A stretch of DNA of 64,000 bases, from the NCBI RefSeq assembly GCF_009914755.1, contig NC_060925.1; one strand, 5' to 3'. Below the pieces are notes generated by a model that saw only the letters and a list, made by a program, of their open reading frames with translations, had not been told where the DNA came from and made no database searches. This DNA is from the human T2T-CHM13v2.0 reference genome, Homo sapiens. Made by a program: the position numbers and the translations under genes. Positions 39,476 through 51,823 of this stretch are shown here, in pieces; the first letter of the stretch is position 1, and every line of letters begins with the position of its first letter.

Positions 39476-42400
39476 CATAATTGAATATTCTCATAATTTA
39501 AACAGTCTTATTAAGTGCCAAGGTTTTGGGTCTTATATTTAACTTTCTTCCACTTAACTAAAAGACTTAACTACTTCACAGTTCTAAAATCATTAGGTTA
39601 CATACACAAAAGAAAAGTTAATCCTGAAAAAAGAGGCTACAAGTGTTTTAATTCATTCATAGCAAAGTAGAAATATTATAAGTCCACGTAAATTGAGTTA
39701 TGGGATGCAGCAGAGGGTGGAAACTTGGAGCCAGTTAAGAGTTTTGTGCTATGCACATTTTTAGTCAACAAATCAATAAACATTTTTCAAGTGCCAATGA
39801 TACAGACCCAAAACAGAATATAAGGTATGACTAACATATGGTATAACTCACCCTTAGTCAACCATGTCCTGTGTCCTGTACATCAAACCTTAATCACACA
39901 CATATATACATAGAAACATAGTTTACATTATAAACGGAAACATAACATTAAATTATTTTTGCCACATTTTATTGTGCTTTTGCACGTATCCTAATCACTT
40001 AATGGTGCTACTATTTTAAGATGGGTATTTTATCCACCAGTACCCAGTAATGAGTATTTTAAAAATGAAACCTCCATAATTTTGCTTGGTGGATGATATA
40101 ATCTTAAAAATTTGACTCTGTAAAATTTATTAGAACAATAAATATATCTTCAAGCAGTATCTTTAGCAATAAATATTTACACATGCTTGGCTATTCTTTT
40201 CCAAAGTTTATACCCTAAATGTAGAAACAGTTTATCCATGTTCTTTATAGATTCCTTTCATTGCTAGAAAAGTCTAAATACTTCTGAGAAAACTATAAAA
40301 AGCTAAGTCAATGAGCAATTTTTGATATGTTCTCCTAACTGAATGTTTTTATTTAAAAAATGTTTCAGGGCAAATAGTAAATATTGGTTTATGTGGCTTA
40401 GATTTCTGTTTCTTATGTGAATACATATACTTAAAGACTATTTATTACATCATCTTCCTTATGTAGTTTTCTTTTAGAGTTTAATAACTCCTGCCTCCAG
40501 TTGATAGGAAGAAAAATTATAGGAATTTTTTTCTATTTGATATCATTACAATAGAGATCAATTGAAAAATGTAACTGAGGCCCCCCAAACTTGAGCAAAG
40601 TCCTCCTTCTTCAATGGGTAATTATTTAATTTGTCACGTTAAAAATAAACAAGCAGACCTGAAGATTTGCCATATTAATAAACAAAGACAATTTTTTCTA
40701 AAATGCATTCATTCATTTAATTGTTAAAATACCATTCTGTTATTTTAAACCAAGTTGTCTGGCAAGATCCATAAATATGTTTAAGCCATTTATATAGGTC
40801 AGCTAATATGGGTTATGCTTTTTAAAGCACCATCTGACTAAGCACATTCTGCATTTTGCTAACAAAGTTACAGTACATAATAATATTTTAATCAACCAAA
40901 AAGAACAATAATAGATCTGACTGTTGGGCTGATAATCGTCTTATCACACCCTGTGAAACCTAGCTCTAATATTTGACAGAGCCTCCATTACTTGGCAACC
41001 CATTCGAAAAAAGGCCAACAATGGAGAGGGAGTGAAGTGGAGTGTGCAGTACCTCCGTATCTACATAAAAGAGATTAGAGGCGACAGCGTTCCATTTTAC
41101 AGCTCAATCATATTGTGTTAGCATGCGCTTATCCGAGCGCGGACGAAATTGAAAGAGAAATAAAAAAGAGTCAGGCAGATAGGAACCAGAAAAGCGAGGC
41201 ATGAGCAATTTCCAAGGATATAAAAGGATGCTAATGGCTGGGCCCTGTCATTCTTAAAAAGGGCTATTAGGGCACCATCATCTGTTCTTGTGCCCTTATG
41301 CTCCTCCAACTAAAGTCAAGCATTTTCTAAAGCCCTTGTGATCTTTTTTTCTTCTAGAGATAAAGTATGGTCATGTTTCATAACAACACACTTTCCCATT
41401 TATATGATTTATTAATGTAAGTCAACTAATTCTATTTACTGATAAAAAAAACCTATTCCATATGTATTTTCTTCAATAGCTTCTTTTGTTGTATCCTTCA
41501 CTTTCTTATAAAGAAAGTGTGCAAAAGTACATTCGAAGCAGCACAGAAAAACTACTCATTTTCGATGCTAAACTTAATTTTAAAAACATATATGTACGTG
41601 TATGGGTGTAATTATACAAACCGAGAACAGCATAAAGATAACAGGGGCTTGAATTTTAGTGTATTAAAAAATGACTTCACTTTAACATAAGCTTTACAAA
41701 AACAAAGAGTTTTAAAGTTAAGACCAAGACAGGTGAAATTTCAGTTCTGATTTGGCTTTAATTCCGGCTATGACCCCAGTTATCAGGATTGGTTCATGTT
41801 ATCAAGAACACAATTTCACTTTTATCGAGGCAGAAATGTGACTTTTATCTTTACTTTCTCCAGCCTTTACTTCCCTGTCTCTCAGTCCATATAGCTGTAG
41901 TGTGGTCCTCTACTGACCAACCTCCTGAACCCAGGGTAAGGCAGCACACTTTGATATCAGAACACCCTCTCCTTCTACCTCAAGCACTGTATGGCATAGG
42001 TATTATTAAATTTTTTTTTTAAATTTCTGTTAACTCTTGTTTTGCTAATCCCTTTCTGAAAAGCCAAGATATTCCTTGCAATCATTTACAACACCCTCAG
42101 GTATCACGAAAATCAGAGCTGTGAATCACTACTCCACAGTGAACTCTTCTGACATTTGCTATAGAGAGAGAATAACGTCAGTCCCCACCAATTCTAAGCC
42201 TCAGCTTAAGACTGAACCCATAATCGTATAGTAATTGTTTCCACCACTGGAAATGGTGTTACTCATAGTTATTTAAAGTTGCTATCTTTACAAAAGTCAC
42301 TAGAGCCCCTTTACTGTGACAAGTCCCTTTGTAAGCTGACATTTCTACTTGGATGCACAGTCGGACCTACATATTTATCACTCACTTTCCTTACTAGAAA

Positions 42401-42773
42401 GTTCAAAAGAAATTGTTGACTTTTATTGGTTTTTATTATGCTTTATCTGTATGATATCAAAATATTGGCCTTACAAATCTTTTATTTCAGGGACAACTTG
42501 AGCAGAACTCTCCGAAATAATGGGTGGTTTGGAACCATAGTGACACAGCTTTTCACGCTGTTGTTAATAACAATATTATCATCATTATCATTTTGAAATA
42601 GGTTTTTTAAATGCAATAAACTGGAGACTAAAATATCTTGATTCTACTCCAGGAAGCCACTCTGAAGGTACTGGATATGGCTGTGAATTTGTGCAAGTGT
42701 TTTTTACCTCTCTCTACCTCAAATCTCCTTATCTTTGAATTGAGAATAATAATACCTGATTCCTGGGTTAGAA

Positions 42774-43002
42774 CAGTGGTTTTCAGTTTGGGGGAAGAGG
42801 GTCAGGCTGGGGCGATTTTATCTCCTGGAGGACATTTGAGGCTGTTTGAAGACAGTTTTGTTTCTCACAATTCAGGGGTGCTACTGGCATCTAGTGGGTA
42901 GAGGCCATGGGTGCCGCTAAACCTCCTACAATGAACAAGGGCAGCCCCTCATGACAATTATCTCGTCCCAAATATCAATAATGCCAAGGCTGAGAAATCC
43001 TG
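42774..43002 (+). mobile_element. MER20 (hAT-Charlie) inserted in a MIR fragment
   Basis: cagtggtt...ggggcgatttt...ggtgctactggcatctagtgggtagaggcca...gctgagaaatcctg; degenerate 8-bp TSD ggttagaa/ggtgaaaa. Confidence 0.88.
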
Positions 43003-44524
43003 GGTGAAAATGATGATATTTAAAATGTGTGTATACATATATCATAATGATATATTAATATAAATGATATATATCAATCACCTAAAAAAGTGTCTATGGA
43101 CCCTTCAACAAATGTGAGTCTTGTTTCTTTCATCTCTAAACCCTTCAATAGTGCTTTCCTTACAAATAAGTTTTCATACACTGTTGAAGTAAATTCTGGC
43201 TGTTCCCACTGCATTAATCAACAATTGTCTTACATCTTGCAGTAAATCCTTTCTTTTTATTTTTCTAAAAGTCATACAGATGTGATTACAATCCAACTGC
43301 AATATCAAATATCCACACAATCAAATTCTTATTCTTCTTTTATATGTAGTAATCCTTGTGTAGGTGTCTTCTAAAGAATATACAAGCTCACCTATTTAAC
43401 TAGTTTTGACTTAATTTGGGGGGCTTTATTAGCAAACAGTGTAAGACAAAGTAGCTGGTATAATACAGAGTGATGTTTAAATTAGTTTACAATTTGCTTG
43501 GCCTCATCTAGAACTACAACGAACAAAGCCATTCAGAAATGTCAGCTGTGTTCCTAACCACTGTAACAAATTGTCGCCTGAACGCTGCACACCTAATGAC
43601 TTCAAATTAGCTTCACTGCGATATCGCCTGACAGTTCGTTACGACTGTTAGCAACATAGCTGGCGTATCATGACCAATAAATTGGTTTCAGTGTGGGCTG
43701 GGAAAGGGACTTCCATCAATTTGATTAAAGAAATTACTGTAGCATTCAAAGCATAAAGACAAACTAGTTTAAGGAGACAGAAATAAGTTAACTGTACCAG
43801 AAAAACATTGCTCATCATTCAAAAACTTGTTTATAAACTATCTGAAAATTCAACTCCAAACAAATAAAAAATAATTCAAGTAGAATACTAAAATTCTCAA
43901 AACTTACAAGCATGTACATATTTGTTCATATTACAGGATGGGTCAAGAAAAAAAGAAGAGAAATATTTTTAAATGCTAACTTTAAATTACCATATAGGAA
44001 AAGTTACCATGTCCATTTAATATTTATTTTCACAATTTATCTGTAAAGATAAATATCTGATTGTAAGCCAAAGCAAAGCTTGTGAATATGACCAGCAATA
44101 GGATATAACTAGCCACTATGAACAAAACTAGTGATTCTTAGTTGGGAAAATAGTACATTAGGCTACCGCTGACAAAAACATTTTTTAAAGTGAAAAGAAA
44201 AAGTAGAAGTATTTGCTAGGAAAAAGGTAAGAATTTTGACAAAGGATAAAGAAATGTTTTAAATTTATATTCTCGTTAGCTTACACTGGCAGTAGTACCT
44301 GTACATATGAAAAACTAACAAGAACTCAAGGTGGTACCAATATAAATAATATAAAGTCTAAGGATTCTATTAGGATATGCAAAACTCTAAATTATGATTA
44401 AAAATAAATGTAAAGGGTTTTTTTAAGTCTAAATGAGAAAAATTTGAATTCACCCAAATCTATATACATAACCTAGGGAATTAATTGCAACCTTTTCTTT
44501 TCTTTTTCTTTTCAGAAAATGTAC

Positions 44525-44686
44525 CTGGAATATGCTTCGCCCATCCAATGATAACCACCAACTCTCGGTCGGCCAAGTCACACAGTGTAGTGAGGGCTTT
44601 GATGTCACTGTCGGGGACAGTAGGGTCAGGCATGGCATAGATCTTCTCCGGTTCAGCCACCAACAAATGTGAGACAATCTTGTTAT
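44525..44686 (-). CDS. ESRRG: ESRRG internal coding exon (162 nt, phase 1-1): start of ligand-binding domain (helices 1-3)
   Basis: Translates (Y)[53 protein letters not shown](G), including the WAKxIPG nuclear-receptor signature. Acceptor cctgcAG (44688-44687); donor CAG|GTACAT (44524-44523). Joins the upstream exon in frame (T|AT = Tyr). Confidence 0.97.
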
Positions 44687-44707
44687 CTGCAGGATCAGAC
44701 CAGAGCA
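44687..44707 (-). CDS. ESRRG: Alternative 3' splice-site extension (+21 nt) changing Tyr to LLWSDPAD
   Basis: Second acceptor tcttgtAG at 44709-44708; the 21-nt extension is in frame and stop-free. Confidence 0.7.
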
Positions 44708-47700
44708 CTACAAGATCACTAGTAGTATCATCCCTCTTTTATAAACCCTAGAGCATTTTGTGTTTTGAAAAACAATCCAAATATCCTACAATAAACGCTA
44801 AATATTCCAATTATGGCTCAATAGGTATATATTAAACGGTGTGCAGGAAAACTCATAGCAAGACATATGCCACTGCAGTCGTGATAGAATGTAGTCTTTT
44901 TTTTTCTTCTTTGCTCTACCTGCTTTTGCTGGAATGAAGCGTCTGTCCTGTAGTGAAAATTTTTATAGCAAACAGATAAGAGAAGTTAGATGCTTTCTGG
45001 GTTTGTGCTTTGATTCTTAAGTGGGATTTGGTGAAGTAGATTAAATGGTATAAAATAGCTTAAAATAAAACCCCCAGTAAACTATTGAAATATAGATCAT
45101 AACACAGGAGGCAAAGAACTACTAATGCCTATAGTCATAATGGGCATGAAAGTCATTAATTGTCTTAATTCCTTTAAAGAAGAGCAAAGGTCAGAGCCCT
45201 TCTGCCTTGGTGAATTACTGACTATATAACTCTATCTCCGTGGGATGCATTAAATAGGAATTTATTTTTTTCTCCCCCTCCCCACACACCCAGCCAGTCT
45301 TCCAAATACAGCTAATATGTTTCCATAAAAATACTCCTCCTTAAATGTTACAGTCATTTTCTCTTCTGTGTGTCAAATTCTTTAATCCTCTATTTTCATC
45401 AGTTGTCCTTAGTTCATTCTCTGGTTCAGATTTATCTGTCTGAAATTTGTGATATATGTTTTAAAAATCCTTCAAAAAATAAACACTAGAGACAAATGGA
45501 AAGCATCACATCAAATGTGTTTTATTGCTCAGGGGCATGTGAGGGTTTATGGAAGGGGCTGTAAAGTCTTGGTAACAGAATGATTTTTCTTGTTGGCCCT
45601 ATTTTCAATTTCTATATGTAGCTTAAGATTTTATGCTTTCTTCTAAGTGAGGAGATACAAACGGGTAAGAATAAACCCACATATTTAAATGTTCTATGTA
45701 CTATTACTGTAGAAAACCAGGACTTTAAATGAGGTTCTTGTGAACACAGCCAAAGTTCCCAATGTGTTTATCAGACTCTTTGCCTCTCGCTCTAAGTTTT
45801 TAACTTTTTTAACCCAATATAAAAACACTTCACATAACTTAGAGTTAAATATAGCATTCATTTTATCTCCTTTTATGAAAGAATGTGGCTTGTCCAAGCT
45901 ATAATTAGCACTTTTTCTAACATAACATTTAAACATTTATGAATATGGCTCCCATATTAATTATAATTATTTCAAATACACAACAGATAATATTCTATCA
46001 TCATCAAATTGAGTAGGCAGATTTGGGAGGAAATATTCCCAAATACTACGTTGACTAGAAAAGAATTAAAAATTAAATAGAGATTAATTTTTTAATATTT
46101 AATTTGGATTTTTCTTATATGCTACAGAAACAACACCCCATACTTTTAGTTATGCTTGGAAAAGTTTCAACTTTCATTGCTCTGACAATGCAACAAAACC
46201 TGTCAGCAACCATTAGATTCTCAGGATTAGAAGAAAATCCAATAGTAAAGAGCATAAAAATATATCCGAAAGTAATCATGATTCTAGTTGTTTTTTTTTT
46301 TAGTACAGGGAACATAGCACTGGCTTTATCCAAGTCAATGGATACTTGACACGAGAGGTCAGAGAAATTTGGTTGAAGCTTAGAAATTCCCATCATTCAG
46401 AAAATGGAATAGCCGGCAGCACTGTTTCTAGGTAAATCTTATTTAATGTTTCCCTAATTAGAATCAATAGAACCCAATTTTCATTCTTGGTTCTTTGTAG
46501 TACACAATCAGTCAGGGTCCAGAAACCTCCCCAGCCACTTTCTCAGCAAAGCTCAGGCACAGTCTCTTGACACTTATCTGACAGGATCTGAAAATTAAGT
46601 TTTATAAATGTTTGTTACAAAAACACACTAATTGGATGGACTAAAGAAAATTAACACAGAGGCCTTTAGATAATGAGTAATGATTTATTAGGAGTCCTCT
46701 TTATCTGAGACAAATGGAGCTCACTGAAATTGCTGTAATCTTCTTAAAGGTACTTGACAAGCCACTTCCCAATTTCTCAGGTTTACGAAGAAAACCATAG
46801 ATGCTCCTCTATCATTTCAACTTACACATGGGCTGGTGCTCATTTTTCTTTCAGTAGAGGAAATTATCAATGGTTTCAGTCAATGTTTGCATAAAATAAA
46901 TGAGAAATGGGCAGTCTGTATATTAGTGAATTCAGAAAAACTAAACCTCTAATGAAATTAAGCATTAGTGTTTATTGCATATTATTGTATTATCAGAGAG
47001 GTTTTTTATTATAATGTGCAAAATCTGTTTAATGCAGTCCTCGATTGTATTTGCAGAATGCCAAACAGCTTATGCAGGCTGAGGAGAAGATGCCAGATTG
47101 GACAATTGAAGGTATAATCAACATAATGTTTTTTGGAAAGGCAAAAGGAAACTATGCCATATGTTCACTTAAGCTTTAATTTTATGTAAAACTGGTTGTT
47201 TTTCCTTTGACATAGCTAAAATGTCCTTTCATTTACAGTTCAGGGTCTGTTTTATTTATTTAACAGATTTCCATATGCTCACATATGTATGATGCACAGC
47301 AGTGACCCCTCCTGGAGAATCTGAATTAGAAGTGGACATCTTCTCTTCCCCTGAAGGCAGATCAAAAATTACCCATGTCTTTCCTAGAACTGCTACAGAT
47401 GCATTTTCCTCTGATGAGTGCTGGTTGTGTCTTCTTAGAAAAAGACAGCTAAATTGGAAAACCGTTTTCACCAAAGCGCTCCTCCATGCCCAGTAGGATC
47501 CCTATTCATAAACATCCTAAAACGCTAGTTCTGTTGCACTACAACTATTAACTGATTTTCAGAAAATAGGATACAGTGATTGCCTCAATCTATATTCCAA
47601 CTCTTTTTCGTTAATGACAAAAAGAATGGGGCTTGCATTTTAGCAATGTACCAGTCATCCTTTCAAATTGCAACTTGGCTCCATAAAACCATGAGCTCTT

Positions 47701-48294
47701 TAAAAACAATTCATACCGTCCATAAGGGCATCTCAGATGGAACCAGCCACCTATGCTTGTTATTAGTAGTGCCCATTCTTGTTTTAATCTATTGCTAGCT
47801 AGTGTGTTAAACTTCTATAGCTCCAAATTAATGAGGCCCCTAATGTATTTTCATTGGGAGGTTGAGCAGTCAAATTCATTTAGTTAGTGAAAACTACAAA
47901 AATCACTTTCTTGTGAAATCTGAAACTAAGAGCTCCAATGAACTAATGATCACAGTATGATCCATTTTATGTACCTCTGCAAATAAAGATAACCAGTAAA
48001 TGTAAAATTCACACTATATAAGCTATGTATTAATATGCTTATGCTTCCACAAAATGACTAGGTTAAAAAAAGGCTGGAGAGAGAAAACCACAGATATCTC
48101 TAAAAGAAAAAATGAGATAATAAGCTGAGTTGCTGTCGCTCCTCACAGACAATCTTTGGGAATAGAGCCACTGTTCTCCAACAAAGAGAAGTCTCCTTGG
48201 AGTCAGTAGGGATGGGCATGCCAAAGCTGATGTACATAGAGCCAACTGGGAGGATTTCGTGTTCTGGGAAGCCAGACACATCTGCTGTACTTAC
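44687..48294 (-). other. ESRRG: ESRRG intron (3.6 kb) between hinge and LBD exons
   Basis: GT...AG boundaries with compatible phase. Confidence 0.93.
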
Positions 48295-48405
48295 ATGGCT
48301 TTTTGGCTGGCTGAACCAGCTGAGGGTTCAGGTATGGGCTGTTCTCCGCATCTATCCTGCGCTTGTACTTCTGCCGACCTCCACGTACTCTGTCAAGACG
48401 CACCC
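48295..48405 (-). CDS. ESRRG: ESRRG internal coding exon (111 nt, phase 1-1): DBD C-terminal extension and hinge
   Basis: Translates [37 protein letters not shown], the ERR-family C-terminal extension with an ERR-gamma hinge. Acceptor tttgctcacAG (AG at 48407-48406); donor CAT|GTAAGT (GT at 48294-48293). Confidence 0.97.
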
Positions 48406-49077
48406 CTGTGAGCAAAGACAGGCACCGGCTTACTATTAAGGTAGCTATGTTTGAGACCAATCAAATACCTAGATGGTATCCCCCAAGAGCACATAGGTGA
48501 CAAACAGTAGAATGCAGAATGGACCAGGGGTACTCAAATAATGTAAATAAGTGGTGGCTAAATCAAACTTGCCAGAGGTTGAAAACCAAATCTGTCAGCA
48601 GATGACAGATCCGAAAGACATTTCATGCAAAGCCATCAGGGTCACTATTTGCACATCAAAGAAAAGGCAGATTTCCATGTAGATTAATACAAAGAAGCCG
48701 CTATTTGGTGCTAGTATAGTTTCTTAAATTAAAGACCCTGGCATTTAGCATCCTTTTCATCAGTCAGCCCTGAAAGCTCAATGTGTAGGACTGAGTAGAC
48801 CAAGAGCTATCCAACTTCCCTCCAGTCTGCCAGAGGCCTCAGGATGGACCTGTGGAATTGAGCTGAATAAAGAGCACCTATGTGCTGGGGAGGAGGGAGG
48901 CCAGAATTACACTACACAGATTCAGTCCTGAGAGACGCAAGAATTGTTCTCTATCAAAATGTCAATGTCTCAAGGGGAATGTTATTTACATTTTGGCACA
49001 AATTTGTATTTCCTCTCATATGTGAGAAAACTGAGAGCAGGTTTGGGCTGAACACAGGATAGAAAGGGGAGCTTCCT

Positions 49078-49816
<739 letters not shown>

Positions 49817-51540
49817 TTAAGGAAAAAGCCAAGGGAATGAATGGGATTACAAATATAGGAAAATTTCATTAATATCAGGAAGTGATAGGGAAGAGCTTGT
49901 CAATCTAGTTTCCAGACTATAATTGTAAAGTTTAGCACAGGACCATATAAGTCCCTACCAAATATAAGGACGACTGCTTGGGAGCAGAAGTGAGGAGACA
50001 CTCTTTTGCAATATTACGTTGTACTTTAATTGATATAACAATGTAAAAGTATTCATTAAGAAGTTCAACCATGTAATTCGTTGTACATATTTTGGCATGT
50101 CTCAAACTGTTTAGGAAATAGATTTGGTTTAACAGCATCATCAGTATTACTATTTCATTTAAGCCCCCTCAGAGCCATTAATATGCGACGGGCTCTGTAA
50201 AACTCTAAGAGGAAGCTACATAGCACATGCAGTGTTTTGCAAACCAATTGAACCAGAGCTCCAGTTTTTTTGGAATACCGATTAATGTCACGCAGAATAT
50301 GTGAGCTGTGGGTTATCTGAGTTACATGAAACGATTTGGGAAAAGCAGATCTATTTCTATGTGAATATTTACAGTGAATATATTACTCAAATGTTAAAGA
50401 TTATTAGGAAAACAATTTTTCATATTATCTTAACAATACTACTTTAAGCGTTGATTATCTTTTAGGAGAACACACAAATACTTGGTTCTAGATGAAGCCT
50501 GAATTGTCATATTGAAGTATCAGAATATAGTGTAAATAACATCAGGAGACAACTTTGAGAAAAGTTAAATAGGTTAAACAAACAAATATCAAAACCCAAA
50601 AAAGTTAGGTAAGGTTATTAAGCATTCACTGAAAATTGCCATGCATGTTGTTCACAAAGAAGTTATATTTCTTTATTGCTGCTTTTAAAGCACTCCATGC
50701 CTACAGCAGATGTATTCCTTTGTTTATCTAATTTCTAATGTTCTGTTTTTATTGCATCTATATTTAATAAAGTTTAATGCCTTCTACTTCTCTCCACTTT
50801 CATCATGATTTATTTTTTTTCATCTCTTTCTCTTCAAAATTTTCTTCAGAATAGTTTTCCAGTTGAAGGTGACCACATTTTTTCTGGTCATCTAAGATAC
50901 ATTCAAACCTCTTTCATTATAAGAATTTTGAAAATTAAAAATCTTAGTAGAAAATCAAAAGCATATGACACTAATTATATCCTCACGTTTGTCATCCAAT
51001 TCCAACCCAATGAGAACATTTAATCTGATATTATTAGAAGTGTGAAGAGAAGGCAGGCAGAGAGAGAGAAACAATGACAGGCAAAAGCTAAAGAGAGAGG
51101 GAACATTTTTTGGACATCACTAAAATTGTTAGAGCCAAGAAAGCTGACAGAATAAATCTTGACTGAGTTTGTAGACTCCCTAAACTTGCTTTTCATGCTT
51201 GTCAAGGAATGTATTCACTGTTAGCAATATGTCCTCATATATTGAACAAAACACTACATATTCTCCAACCCAGAAGTCAGAGCTAGTGAGTTTGTGACAA
51301 TGGAGTTTTGTCCATCATGAAGATCTGCGGAAAAAGACCATAGCTGAGTGACTTGATTTAAGATCTTGGTGGAAAACAATTCAGACATACAGTTACATCA
51401 CTTTAAAGCCATCAAGTAGTTTAGCCAACTGGGCTAAGTCTACAGAGGAAGTGCAACAATGAAAGCTAGCTATTACACATCATGAAGAAAAAATATGCAT
51501 GATCAATTGACAGGGTTTTTATTATGTATTATGGATTATT

Positions 51541-51823
<283 letters not shown>

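Noticed and set aside
50160-50355. Possible hAT/MER-type DNA transposon remnant
   Set aside because: Resemblance too weak to assign a family or ends by eye.
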